NCBI RefSeq assembly: GCF_028641065.1
Contig: NC_073406.1
Coordinates: 8,184,001-8,248,000 of the forward strand
Direction of reading: 5' to 3'
DNA from: Leucoraja erinacea
Taxonomy: Eukaryota
DNA: 64,000 nt
The translations under genes and the position numbers were made by a program. The notes beneath the pieces were generated by a model. The model worked only from the letters and a program-made list of their open reading frames with translations. It was not told the DNA's origin and searched no databases. Within the stretch, counting starts at the first letter, position 1. Each line of letters starts with the position of its first letter. Of this stretch, positions 36,741 through 50,549 are shown piece after piece.

Positions 36741-38143
36741 CACTTGTCCCATATCCCTTTAAACCTTTCCCATCCATGTACCTGTCTAAACATCTTTTAA
36801 ATGCTATTATAGTATCTGCCTCAACTACCTCCTCTGCAGTTCATTTTATATAACCACCACCGTCTGCGTGAAATAGTTGCCCTCAGATTCCTATTAAATT
36901 TTTCCCATCTCACCTTAAACTTATGTCCTCTTGTTCTTAAGTCCCATACCTGGGTAAATGAACCTGTGCATTCACCCTATCTCCCTCGTGATCTTTTACA
37001 CAATAAAATCACCTCAACCTCCAAGGAATAAAGTCTTAGCCTGCCCAACCTCTCCCTATGGGTCAGCCCTTCAAACCTTCGCTGCATCCTCGTAAACCTT
37101 TCCAGCACTCTTTCTTACTTAACAACATCCTATAGCAGGGAAACCAAAACTGAACACAACACTCCAAAGGCGGCCTCACCAACGTCTCGTACAACTGTAA
37201 CATAACATCCTAACTTCTATACCCAATATCCTGACTGTTAAAGGCCAAGGCCTTTTTGATGACCCTATCTACCTGTGATGCCACTTTCAAGGAACTATGT
37301 CCCTGCACAGCTAGATCCCTACAACACTCCCCAGGCCCTGCCATTCACTGAGGTCCTGCCCTGGTTTGACTTCCCAAAATGCAACACCTCACCCGTAACT
37401 GCGTTAAACTCCATCAACCATTCCGCAGCCCTTTTGCCCAACTGATCAAGATCTTGTTGTAATTTTCGATAATCATCTTTGCTATCTACAATACCACCAA
37501 CTTTAGTGTCATCTGCAAACTTACTAATCATGCCTTGTACCTTCTCATCCAAATCATTGATGTAAACCACAAACAGCAGTGAGCCCAGCTCTGATTGAGG
37601 CACGCACAGCACTAGTCACAGGTCTCCAGTCCAAAAAACAACCTCCACCATCATCCTCTGCTTCCTTCCATGAAGCCAATTCTCTATCCAGATGGCCAGC
37701 TCTCCCTGGATGCCATGCGGTCTAAAGTTCCAGAGCAGCCTACCATGCGGAACCTAATCAAATGCCTTGCTAAAGTCCATATAGACAGCGTCTAAAGCTT
37801 TGCCCTCATCAACCAGTTTGATGACTTTTTCAAAAAACTGTATCAGATTCGCAAGACACAATCTCCCATATACAAAACCATGCTGACTATGCTATGCCTG
37901 ATCAGCTCCTGTCTATCCAGATCATATACCATCTTATCCCTCTGAATCCTCTCCAATAATTTGCCTACCCCAGATGTTAAGCTCACCAGTCTATGGTTTC
38001 CCAAGCTTTTCCTTGCAGCCTTTCTTAAATAGAGGCACAACATTAGCCACCCTCCAGTGCTCCGGTACTTCACACAAGTCCAATGATGTTCATATATCTC
38101 AACCAGGCAATTTCTTCTTTTGCCTCCCACAGCATAACATTTC

Positions 38144-38335
38144 TAGTAGGTAGACACAAAAAGCTGGAGTAACTCAGCGAGACGGGCAGCATCTCTGGAG
38201 AGAAAGGATAGGTGACGTTTCGGGTCGAGACATCACTCATTCCTTCTCTCCAGAGATGCTGCCTGTCCCGCTGAGTTACTCCAGCTTTTTGTGTCTATCT
38301 TCAGTGTAAACCAGCATCTGCAGTTTCTTCTTACA
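38144..38335. mobile_element. Penelope-derived foldback element
   Basis: Inverted arms; 11-nt TSD cataacatttc (38133-38143 and 38336-38346). Confidence 0.8.
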
Positions 38336-39054
38336 CATAACATTTCCACTATCTTCCAACAAGAATGCAACTCTCCAAATTGAACCATTGACCTCCAGAA
38401 CATAAATTTGCAATATGTTTCTGCATAATTTGTGATCCCCCAGCTCTGCTGTGCTTTGTGTGGCCAATATCACATCTTGATTCCCAAAGGAATGGTTCGG
38501 CAAAGGAGAAGAACACACTGTTCAGTTATAACTGGAAAACAATGTGTTGACATTCTGAATTGATTCTTTCGTGGCAAGAAAGAACTAAGTTTTCTCAAAA
38601 AGCGAGGTATGTTTTATCGCCTAAGCTTGTTTAATGGAGGAAGAGCTCATTAAATTCCTCCTCACGAGAAAACCTCCTTAATAATAACCTCCTTATTCTC
38701 AGTTCTGCTTACATCTTGAATCTTTTTTTTTTCATTTGCTTCTATTACTTGCATCCACTGCAATCCACTCATCAACCTTCTCCCAAACTTCTCCACCTCA
38801 CCCACGATGAACATCGGGAAGTTTTTAGGGGTTAAAATGTGAGATTTTTCTTATCGTTATGAAACTCCACCCAGATTCTAACATCCTACTACAAAGTAAA
38901 ACAACAAAAAATATCCTTTTGTGGTCAATACTCGATATACTCAATGCCTCTTGAGATCCTTTATTCCCCATTTACTTGTCGTCTTTGTCCAGTCATTTTT
39001 TATCTTCTTCCCCCACATGACTTCCAAATTCCTGCACAATTACAATATGTGATA

Positions 39055-39530
39055 ACATAGAAACATAGAAAATAGGTGCAGGAGTAGGCCATTTGGCCCA
39101 TCGAGCCTGCACCGCCATTCAATATGATCATGGCTGATCATCCAACTCAGTATCTCATCCCTGCCTTCTCTCCATACCCCCTGATCCCTTTAGCCACAAG
39201 GGCCACATCTAACTCCCTCTTAAATATAGCCAATGAACTGGCCTCAACTACCTTCTGTGGCGGAGAATTCCACAGATTCACCACTCTCTGTGTAAAAAAT
39301 GATTTTCTCATCTCGGTCCTAAAAGACTTCCCTCTTATCCTTAAACTGTGACCCCTAGTTCTGGACTTCCCCAACATCGGGAATAATCTTCCTGCATCTA
39401 GCCTGTCCAACCCCTTAAGAATTTTGTAAATTTCTATAAGATCCCCCCTCAATCTTCTAAATTCTAGCGTGTACAAGCCGAGTCTATCCAGTCTTTCTTC
39501 ATATGAAAGTTCTGCCATCCCAGGAATCAG
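39055..39530 (-). mobile_element. Young CR1/HER1-type LINE 3' end
   Basis: Uninterrupted ORF2 C-terminus (ORF 39147..39545) plus a (CATAGAAA)n tail. Confidence 0.92.
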
Positions 39531-39869
39531 GAACCAGGAATACATAACAATGCCTCATGTAGTGTTGCATCTTCTTGTACTTCTTGTAATGGTGAGCAAA
39601 ATTAACTAACCGTATGAGTATGAGGATAGAATTGGATTCAGCTGCGCTGGCTTCCATAGCTGAATAGCCCATTTCTCTTCAGTGTTTAACTATTACTTAT
39701 CAGCAAACGTGGAGTCATATTTCAGCAATAAATCAGCACTATTGACAGAATACAATTTGGAATGAAAGTGAAGGAGGAAGAGGCCGGTGGTAGGGTGATG
39801 GCAGTGAAATCTAGTTACTGGAGATGGAGGAATTAAACTGCCGGTAGATCGCCAACTAGTCACCCAGTC

Positions 39870-40020
39870 AAACATAGAACATAGAAAAGCACAGCACGGG
39901 AACAGGCCTTTGGACTCACAATATCTACACCAAACATAATGCCAAGATATACTAATCTCCTCTGTCTGCACATGATCCATGTACCTCCATTCCCTGCATA
40001 TCCATGTGCCTAGCTAAAGC
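39870..40020 (-). mobile_element. Older CR1 3' tail fragment
   Basis: aacatagaacatagaa tail and acagcacgggaacaggcc motif. Confidence 0.65.
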
Positions 40021-43000
40021 TCATAAATTATGTTTTGGACTATTCATGGAAGAAATTATTTAATCTGGGAGCATATTCATTGTGGGTTTACATGTGGGAT
40101 AACAGATACTTTGAACTTCAGACTTAGTGGACCCTGAGCTTTCTTTAGTCAATAGAGTCTTTTGTGGGACGAGGGCTCCCAAACAAGGCTGAGATTCTGC
40201 CGGGTTAAGATGGAAATCTGAACCGTGCAGCCAAGTTCAAGCTGCAGCTGACATCTGCTGATGCGGTCTCTCTCAACACTGATAGCGTCTCGATTGGAAC
40301 CTGCAAGAGTGCAGATAGACAGGGCCAGCTGCCAGCTTCTTTAAAGTGGTAGTGGATGAAAATGTGCCCAGAGAGGAAGGTGCAAATCTTGAGTTACTGT
40401 TGGATATTACAGAGATCGCCAGATTACTATTCACATCTGGGGTCATAAGAACTCTGTTTGTGGAGTAACTGTTTTGGGGTGCCCCTCATGGAAAGGTTGG
40501 GTCGAAGCTGGGCTACAATGTTGGAAAATTAAGTTTCAAATGTAGTACGTACCTTGGACTCAGTCTCCAAATGAAAACTGAATCTTAGGATGGAATTTAC
40601 CATTAATGAGCCATATCCCGTTAAATGTGCTTTATTTGCCTGTAGCCTGGAAATTGCTGTGATTGATGCATTCAAATCAAATTTCTTACACTGCAAATAG
40701 AATGTGGGTGTTAAACCGTGTTATATAAACACACTGATTCCTCCGTTAAACGAGAAAGAGACACAGAATGTAAAACAACCTTCAATATCCTTTCTATGCC
40801 TTAGTTGAATTGGTTTGTATTGGTGGATTCACCAGGATAGATCATTTGGAAGGGATTTCTGTGACTGGTGGGCTGTCGGTGTTGAGGCTAGCTGACCATG
40901 AACTATGTACATTGCATTAAGCTTCAGTAGTCCTGTCCACTCCTTTGCTGCACTCTGACTTGGTCATTCACAAGTGCCACCCACATGGAAATCCAAAGAA
41001 AACTTCCTTTTAAAAAAATGATTCAGAGTCAGGAAAACAAACCGTTGAATCTAACAACACCCTATGTTCTGGATGGTGTTAAAACAAATAATTATTGCAA
41101 AGGACTGTGGTTTTATTTTTCCAGATTGGTGAGCTGAAAGTCCGATTCTTTCCTTAGATGTTATGACACAAATGAAAATAACGCAGACATTTTTCTAATT
41201 TCGGATTTAATCTCTATTTAAATGACAAAAGACACATATATAAATGTTGTTAGCCTGATGTGATGTTGGTACTTTTGTTGATTCTTGTACTGATCTGAAT
41301 GCAAAAATTAGTTTCACTGTACCTCGGTACATGTGACAAATGAAGTATTATACCAAAGTAACAAACTCTTCAGAAATATCCCTGCCACTATTTTAATCCA
41401 ATGCGTTTGTGCCTTTGATAAGACAGGAGGCAAAGAGATCCATCCAAGCACATTATTATTGGCTCAATTTCGGCAATTATAGATATAACGAGGGGCTTTC
41501 ATTCCCAGAATGAGTTGGGAAAATATAGATCCCACACGGATTCTGCTCTGTGAAGCACTGTAGATTGTTCACATCAACCAAAGGTGATCCTTGCATCGTT
41601 GATCACAGTCAGCTCAGTTTCCATGAGGAGCTCATGAGGAACTAACTCCATCCGAGTGTCAATTCTTTGTGTCCAGTCTCAGCCTAATGTGAGACCAAGC
41701 ATGAGTAAATGCAAGTAATTCAGCATTTCTGGAAGAATGTAGAAAGGCAAATTGTCCTGCACGTGGTTAACTTTATCAATACCCAATATGACATCGGACA
41801 CAAAAAAAAAACAATCAAACCAAAACAACGGGTTCCTCTAAAACACTTTACTATGGCTATCCACAGCGCACTGGGAGAAAAGAAAACCACATTTGCTGGA
41901 GTCTTAGAGCTGAACCCTTACATACGCGGAGGGAGGTAATAATCTATTACAACTTTCCATCTCAAAACTGTACTGTCATTCTGTCACTCTGCTTGTACTT
42001 ATTTGGTTGATGCTGCAAACCGATACATTTCCGGTTGTATTATTCTAAGACATCTTTATTCCTGTAACATGTATGTTGTGGACTGGCTCGGTCCAAGAGT
42101 GAGCCTCGTCTGTGCAGACCAGCGGTTTTCAAACGTAACTCTGGAGCTCCTCGCTGTTTCAGTCCCGGGGATAGTCACCGCCTCGGAGGACCGCATCACA
42201 ATAACGATGTGTCCTTCAGGCGTCCCTGTATTATTGACAAGCTGAAGGATCCTCTGTAAAGACCGAAGCATTTCTTAAATACTGACAAAAAAACTGGCTG
42301 CTTCCCTGGGAGGCAACTATTTACTAAGAGAAGCAACTGGGGAAGAACTATTTCCACACTCCCAGACCCCTGCACTAATACGTTGCTATGCAGGATTCTT
42401 TCAAAAGCCTTGACCCACATCCAACTGAACAATGTTTTTTTGTTCTAAAAAGATTATTTTTGTACTTGTGATTAATTAAATTAATAAATCCAGAAACTGA
42501 GAGAGATCCTCTGACAGTAGAGACACAACGTTGTCACTTTGTCGATCTCTTCATGTGGGAGCGCTCCAGTTTGAAAACCTACGGTCTACAGAGCAGAAAT
42601 GCTATCTAAGTCATGCACTTGTTAAGATAATGTTTCATATTTAGGCCTGTGGAATTGCTCTGAGATATAGAGAAATAGAGGCTGATTACATGTGACATAC
42701 TGTAAGTCTGGCAAAGGTATGTGTTACAGAGCAGCTGCATGCTATTTACACTCAATACTACTCTGCTTATAAAGATGTGCATCCTTTTATGTCATTATTG
42801 AAATAATGAGCAAAACAATCAGAGATTTATCTAACGCCTGCACAGTGCCGACTAATTTCATTAAAACATTTCTAGGAACGTGGCAGTAAGAAAGGGCAAT
42901 TCAGCTCAGGAGTCGTTCAACTTTGTCAACGCCCTGGTCCACCTGCATTCTTCCCATCTATTTATCCTGAATCCTTGGTTGTCCTAACTAATGGAGTCAG

Positions 43001-43266
43001 TGCAATGTGTGCACATAAACTAGTTGCCATACGTTACAATTCCCCCCCATTCCTGGAAGTGTTGAGCATGATAGGACACAGTTCTTCAGTGACTTAACCC
43101 AAGTTACCAATTTATGTAGTACTGGCATATCCCACCATTCTCAGCTTAAACATCAACATTCTCACAATCCAGCGGAGCTGTATTTAAGAAGCAGCTTAAT
43201 TTGTTGGTTATTCAAAAGCAATTAAATTGCAAACGTTTAGCCACATTGCCTTCAGGCGAAGTGAGT

Positions 43267-43570
43267 AGTTTAGTTTGGAGATACAGCTCGAAAACAAGCT
43301 CTGCGGGCCACCGAGTCCACGCCGACCAGCGATCTCCGCACGCTAACACTATCCTACACACACACTAGGGACAATTTACAATTTTACCAACCCAATTAGC
43401 CTACAATCCTGTACGCCTTTGGAGTGTGTGTTGGAATCCAAAGTACCTGGAGAAAACCCACGCAGGTCACGGGGAAAATATACAAACTCAGGACTGACAG
43501 CTCCTGCAGTCAGGATTGAACCATGTTCTCTGGCACTGTAAGACAGCAACTCTACCACTGTGTCACCGTC
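43267..43570 (-). mobile_element. HE1-type V-SINE, near full length
   Basis: Inverse of 60680-60976, including the tRNA-like head. Confidence 0.85.
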
Positions 43571-43975
43571 TGATCCCAGTAAACACATATTTGCCCCTTG
43601 TGTTGCTGCCAACAAGTCCAGCATTGATCCTTTCTTTGATATAAATGACCCCTTCCAATGCCTTACTGCCATAACCTCTGGAGGAGCACCCAGCGGCAAT
43701 TAATGAAGACTGGCCGTGGACAAACATTGGGCAAAGACAGGATTGGGATCCAATGTCCCTGATATTGAAGAATCTGTTAATAGTCCTGTATTAGGAATAG
43801 CCACGTAGGACAGGGAGCATCCAATCAGGAAAGAACAGTAATAAGAAGACTCGAATGATCAAGCTTAGTCATTTGTAGTTTATCTGGTGTGCGTGTCGGA
43901 GGGGGAGGCGGGGAGTTGTATTATGTGAAATATGTTGTCTAATATCTTTCTGAATGAAATATTGTCTATTTTTAG

Positions 43976-43997
43976 ACCTAGTGCGTTTAAGCAAACA
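43976..43997 (+). CDS. CAMTA1: Candidate CAMTA1 22-nt microexon (R)PSAFKQT, or 16 nt from the acceptor at 43982
   Basis: Branch-like CTAAT at 43939-43943, then tctatttttag|ACCTAGTGCGTTTAAGCAAACA|gtgagt; open frame after exon 22669-22743; length 3n+1 like the 31-nt exon. No transcript evidence. Confidence 0.5.
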
Positions 43998-46441
43998 GTG
44001 AGTAACAGTAAGTTGTGCAGCGAGAGCTGTTAATGGAACAAATCACCAGCAACACAGATGCTTTTGTGTGCCTGACTTGGTTCACAATGATACTCTTCAC
44101 TCCATTGAATGTTTAAAAATGTCATATTTGTCCTAATCGCCAGTGCTCATCCCTCACCGTACCGATTCGTACAAAAGCAACCAAAAGGGAAAATCGCAGC
44201 CTTCTCGTGCTGTCGGCATCATCTTTCGCCCCTTTCATCAGCACAACTAAAATTAGATTGGATTGTTATCTGCACTTAGCAGTGATATCCCTTTCCCAAT
44301 GTTTGCCTGGCCAGTTCTAGAGTTGAAGAGCCAATGCTAACAAACTATGGGCACCAACACACCTTGTAGGAACAGACGGAGCAGTAGATGCATCAGCATT
44401 TAAGGATTGCCCAGGGGCATAAAAGTCTTTTGGTTGAGAGAGCAGGGGGAAGACTGAGGAAAGATAAAGATTGGTAGCATTGAATGTTGGAGATGGTTTG
44501 ATGAGTGTTGATTTGAATTTAAGGGATGATGAGACACAAATCAAGCAGTAATTTGCAATGGATTTGATTTAAAGCAAATTTAAAAAAGGATATGCGTTAA
44601 ATTTGCTGTGGGTTTATCGGTCCCTTGTTCAGAAAGTCCGGCACAATGCACCAAGACATTGGCACTTGTGCCTTTCTCCAGGATTTCTATTGACATCTGG
44701 CACAGGGAATCCCCGACAATCCTCTCTCAGTCGAAAATAACAGATAAGGAAATCAAACTGCCTGTTGACAATCGCGGAGCTTCTCTAATTGTGGCAGTGA
44801 AGGGGATAATTCACAGGATTTGACAAAATTGACAAAAAAAATAATTTTATCTCACCCCCAATTAGAAGATAGTTTGTTCACAGAGTGCTTGGAAACATGC
44901 TGAACTTTGCACTTGTTTGAAGTATTTAACCTCCTGCCCTTGGATCTTGTTTAACCTGTAGAGATGATACTGAAAGCAATCTGACATCTGCATCGTAAGG
45001 TTGTGATTCGGATCCTCCTATTGAATACCCTAATCAGGATTGTCATTCCAATATATTGCTGTAGGTGTGTTATAATGTATTGGATGATGTGTCTTAGAGG
45101 AGAGATTGAACTGTGACTGTCAGTTTTGTGAGGATGATGTAAAGGAATGTATGACTCTGTTCTTTACGTAATAAAAAGTCAGCACAGATGATTGGATTAA
45201 GGTGCAGGTCATCGTTGATCCCATTGAATGGGAAAGCCAGTAAAAGGAGTAAAAAAACAGCTCACCCACCCTTTCACCAGGGACAGCTAAGGCCCAATGT
45301 GTCACCCTGAAGTGTTCTCAGAGGGTTAGAAGGCTGATGGGATTGGGGGAAATCCATCAACAATTCTATCTCTGACACCAAAAGCCATTCCATCAACTCA
45401 TTACGCGTGCATGGATGCAGGAATGTTGGATCGACCTGGACTTGGATGCCATCTGCAGTAGAATAACCTGCTTGCTCATGCCGTTGTCATGAAGAATGGA
45501 CATTTGGAAAGCCAGTGAGAAGTTGCTGGGCTTGTGGGCCTGTGGTCCCAATCTATAAATAAATACAAGCCTTCTTGTTAAAGGCTCGGCGACATCTATT
45601 CCAGTCGCCGAGCCTTTAACATGAAGTACACGTCGCAGCCCAACGTGCAAAATTGATTTCATTTTAATCTCAACTAATTTGAAAATCATTGAATTTGTCT
45701 GAGTTTGGGATCTGAATTAATCACAGATGTTTAGGCTGCAAAGCTAATCAGGAATGTTTGCTGTGAATTGTTTGTTGATTAGTTCAGTGAAAACTGCCAG
45801 AGAAATCCAAGCCAAATTAATTATTTCAGAGTTTTCTGGGAAATGTTTTGTTCAAGTTGATGGAGTGATCTGTCACTCTCCAGAGCCCAATGCTAAAAAC
45901 CAAGACCTACCCCAGGGCACCTGTTGCAATGCCTATTTAACAGAGTTTCTGCTCACCACAGTGTTGTGACTGAGATTCTTTAGACGTCTCCATTCAAAAC
46001 TTGTCTATTGCACAGTTGATTGTAGGATAAAGGTGTCTCTACTCTGAGCTAACACTGTGACCACATTATATGGTACTTGAATCCCAAGATTGTTAAATTG
46101 CTTCCACAATGGAGGTAAACATTTGTCATGCAGGTCAAATTAGGTGTCATGTTGTGAACGATGTTACTGCCTGTGAAGCTAATGCCCATTAGAAGTATCA
46201 CAGTAGCACGCATGGGTGATTTACCACCATTGCTGCAAGATGAGTTTGATGTTCAAGTTACCCCCCTATATTCTAACTCACACAGCAGAACATACAACCA
46301 GAAGAGGTTATCAACTAGTTTGAGATCAGTCACTAATGATGTCTGTTGGCTTGTACAGTTCCACCAAGCTTTAGTGGTCTCCACGGTGCGTTAAAATTCT
46401 TGAAGTCCACAAGGGGTTTTCTGCCAGACGCTGAAAAACTG

Positions 46442-46664
46442 CAGAAACAAAGAACAGCAAATGCTTGTTTATAACAAAGATAGACACAAAGTGCTGGGGT
46501 AACTCAGTGAGTCAGGCAGCGTCTCTGGAGAAAAAGGATGGGTGGCGTTTCGGGTCGGGACCCTTCTTCAAACCCGGAGTCCTGACCCGAAACATCACCC
46601 ATCCTTTTTCTTCAGAGATGCTGCCTGACCTGCTGAGTTACCGCAGCACTTTGTGTCCATCTTT
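46442..46664. mobile_element. Penelope-derived foldback element
   Basis: Inverted arms with a mutated hammerhead at the apex; 12-nt TSD gctgaaaaactg (46430-46441 and 46665-46676). Confidence 0.8.
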
Positions 46665-49600
46665 GCTGAAAAACTGTATCTTGACTTTTAGCATAGTTGG
46701 TACATATTTTGGAATGCAGCGTAACTCGGAGAACAGGCAGAGGGTTCAGAAGGGGGGGGGGGGGAAGAGCTGTCAGAAGGGGGGGGGAAAAGGAAGGGAT
46801 AAGAGCTCTTGTGCAAAGATTAACCCTGAGTACAGTTCTGCTTGCTCAATCTCATGGATGGCCAGTGTGTGGGGAAATTGGTGCTTCATTAAGGATCAGC
46901 TCAGTAAAAATATCACCACCCCACTAGCAAAGTATGCTGAGGACCACATTGCCAGTTGCTGTCTAGGTCATTGTGGCTATGAGATGTTAGGGGCGTGATT
47001 CCTTTAAGGCTAAGGCAAGAAACATTTGCAACACCTCTCAGCCTGCTAACCATTGCTGCACAAGGGAGAGGTAGGTCACTGATATACGCTCTAATCCAGA
47101 AAGGTTGAGTGCATTTAATTCCATCTGGGCAGACGCCAACAGTAAGAGCAAACTAACAGCTTTGGGAGATTTGCAGCTTCCCCATGACACAGAGTGCCAC
47201 TGACAATGTGCACGTTGTCTTGAAGGTGTCAACGGCACAAACCCAAAGGGATTCCAGCCCCTCGTTTGCAGTTAGTTTGCGACTAAGCACGTCACATTAT
47301 GATCTCCTGACAGCAGTCAAAAGGTATTCATCCTGATGCTGTCCAGAAATGACATGTTTCTGAGTCTCCATAGCAAACCAGAGGGTAACTACTTTATGAC
47401 AAGGAATATCAATGCACAATCCATTCAAAGGTAGGGCAATGCACATTGAATGGATGCCATGTCACAAGAAACGTGGTTGACTCGAGATTCATGGTCATTT
47501 CCTGCATGCTCCAGAGCCTTGACAGAATAGTGGTGAACCTGTACATTGGGCAGCAGATGGGTCCACACAAGAACACCAGCCCATTTCTGCCTGGCCTATG
47601 TGCCACTAGCCCACGTTACCAATAAATACCAGCTTAATTTTCCATTCACCAACAAGCCATGTCATACCTTGCCTCATGGCCTCTGCTTGCGACATTTCTT
47701 AAACAAAGGGAATTATAAAATAAAAATTCCTAACTTAGAAATCAAAATCTGTCAAATTGCCGACTTGCCTGTATTGCCTTTGTTCAGTTACTCCGCTCGC
47801 ATTTGCCTGCACTAGAGTTGCTGCCAGTTGCTGCTGCATTGCTGCATGCAAAGCCCCTGCTGATTCCGCATGGGTTTCTCACAAACCTGTCATTGCATTA
47901 ATTGTCCATATCATCTGACCACATCAGCTGTACAAGCCCCATCCAAATGCCCCATCTATGGCATCTGCAATTGAGCTCTTGCAGAGCCTCATTCTCCTTC
48001 TGCTTAGCCTTTGCTGCAAGTCCAGTGCTCAGCGTACGTACCCTCTGCCTCCACTTTCATCCCCAAATTCCCTGCATTGCAGTGCACTGAGCTATTGGTT
48101 GTGAATGCCAAACTATCCACAATTGTGCCTTGACCAACACTCGATTCTTACTCTCCATGCACCTTTTGGCTGTCAGAATGGACAATGGTACAAGTGAAAG
48201 AGGGTGGGAAGGAAAGGGAGAGAAAGACTATGTTTGATTGTGGGATGCAATGAATTGGAAGATTGAGAATGAGGTCACCATCTTCCTCCACGGTCTTCCC
48301 TCCCCATATCCCTCATCGTCCCCAGACTCAGTAGCTCTCACACAAGTGATGTCCAACAGGCTTCTGTGTGGCAACAAGATGATGGAACGGCACTTTACCT
48401 CTGCTGGTTAGCTGTTGCCCTGACTGTGCACTGCCTTGTCCTGTGATAGAGAGGAATGTGCCTCAACACAATGTGATCTATTTGGATAGTGCAGCTACAC
48501 GTAAATAACCTGCTGTGTGTGCAAGCTATGAGATGTGTTTGTGTGATGTTGCACCAAGTGTGGGAGAATGTGGTACAGATTATGAATAATAGGCTCCAGG
48601 TTTGATCGTGCAAAGTTGCTGATGAGTGAGTGATAAGGATGTGGTGCACTGAGAACTGTGTGCCACTGCTGGTGCTTTTGATGGCATTTTAAGATGCATT
48701 CAGACTTTGATTGTTGATGTGAGGCAGCATCAAGCTTCTAACGACAGGATTCAAGTTCTCAATGCTTGAATCCTGGCATTGACTCCCACCTCAATGTGTA
48801 CTTGTTGCCTTCTGTGTGAGGCTAGGGGAGCACCCACTCCCTCAACCCACCCTTTCATTGCAAGCCCCTCCCTCCCCTCCTGGACCCAGGCCTTGATTAT
48901 AATACAGGAGAGCCCCAGAGTATGCTCCCTTCATTGCCATGCCACTCTTAAATGTTTCCCAGGTCTGCTGCAGAATACACACCAGCTCCTGCCTCAGAAT
49001 GCCTTCCCTTCAAGAGGCACAAGTTGACTTAAAATAGCATTGCCTTGTCTTAATTGGTGCTAGCCACTCACAAAATTGGATCCCTGCTTAGAAACACACC
49101 AATGGAAAGGATAACGCCCATCTGGGCTGCAGACTGAATTTGTTATAATTATCAGACAACACAAACAGCAGACTACAAAAGATCACCATGCAGGTTTTTT
49201 GAGGACCATCCGATTTAGCCCCCTCTGTTTTTCAGAAGAATTCATATTTCTACATGAGTAAGTCATTATATTCAGCGCTAACTTCCCACGATCCAATGCC
49301 CGTGACATTGCCAATTTATGAGCAAGATTTTTTTTTTTGCCATAGGTCTAAGTCCATTAGGAATGAGGGTTGCAGAAAAATCAATTCCACCCCATTCCAG
49401 CCATCGCTCGCCAGGCTTATAAATTGTTGTGGTGTACGCCTTCCCACAGCTGTTCAGTGGCAAACAGCCTTCAAATTACAGGATTGGATGGTACAGAGTC
49501 TTAAAGCAGCTCTGTTTGTTTTGCCTCCAGTATGCTATGAATGAATCTTTTAAAAAACATACAAATAACTTATTTATGTGTGTCCCCCCCCTCCGAGTTT

Positions 49601-49881
49601 TACCTGCAATGGCATCTCGGAAGTTTGTTTTTATTTCCTGCAGGCACCAGGGTCCATTCCCCCACTGTGGGCTGGATCTCAGCTCAGTGCCTGGTCAACC
49701 CGATGTCCACCACCTATTTCTCATCTCCCCATGCCTGGATCATTGAATTGCTGGTGAAGTATTGCAGTGACGTTCTGACAGCACTCCTGACTTCAGAAGG
49801 CCAGCAAGCGTCTCCCGTGTTGAGCTGGAATTGGTCACATGTGGGCCAGCTTTACTTCCCTAACGATCCCCAGAAGATTTA

Positions 49882-50094
49882 TTTTCACAACAATTGCCAC
49901 AGACGACTGTGGGGGCCAAGTCAACGTACATTTTTAAGGCGGAGATTGACAGATTCTTGATTAGTACGGGTGTCAGGGGTTATGAGGCGATGGCAGGAGA
50001 ATGGGGTTGAGAGGAAAAGATAGATCAGCCATGATTGAATGGTAGAGTAGACATGATGGGCCGAATGGCCTTATTCTTCTCCTAGAACTTATGA
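49882..50094 (+). mobile_element. CR1 LINE 3' end
   Basis: Matches 35505-35755. Confidence 0.8.
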
Positions 50095-50549
50095 AGCTTT
50101 CATAATTACTTCTGCTTCCAGTTTTTTTTTAAGTGAAGTCAAATTCATGGTGATGATCAATTTGATCTTATTCTTGACCGATTAGTAATCTTGGGATATT
50201 ATCCTGCTGCCTGTATGATTGCAGATCTAATTGTACCAGTCTTGGGATTTGAGACCAGGGTCACATAGGTTAAAGTATAACTGATCGCATCACTCCATGC
50301 CATGACAATGATAACCATGTAATTTGCACTAATTTTTAAAACAGAGTTGTTGTCTTGTAAATATAAAAGACTTGAGTAGCCTCTTTCTGTGCGATATCAT
50401 TCTATGGTTGAAGCCTTTTCCCGACATTCTGTTACCTATTAACCAACAATGTTACTGGTTATTCCTTTGTTGACATGTCCTTGGTTTATAAATTGGGTCT
50501 AATATCGGTAACATAATGTTGTTCTTTTTGTTCCCCTCTCTTCCTTCAG

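Larger units (their letters stand above)
36555..38130 (-). mobile_element. Decayed CR1 LINE, about 1.6 kb of RT and C-terminus
   Basis: Encodes YINDLDE...ISKFADDTKVGG (RT core) and GNHRLVSLTSGVGKLLE; frameshifted. Confidence 0.92.
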
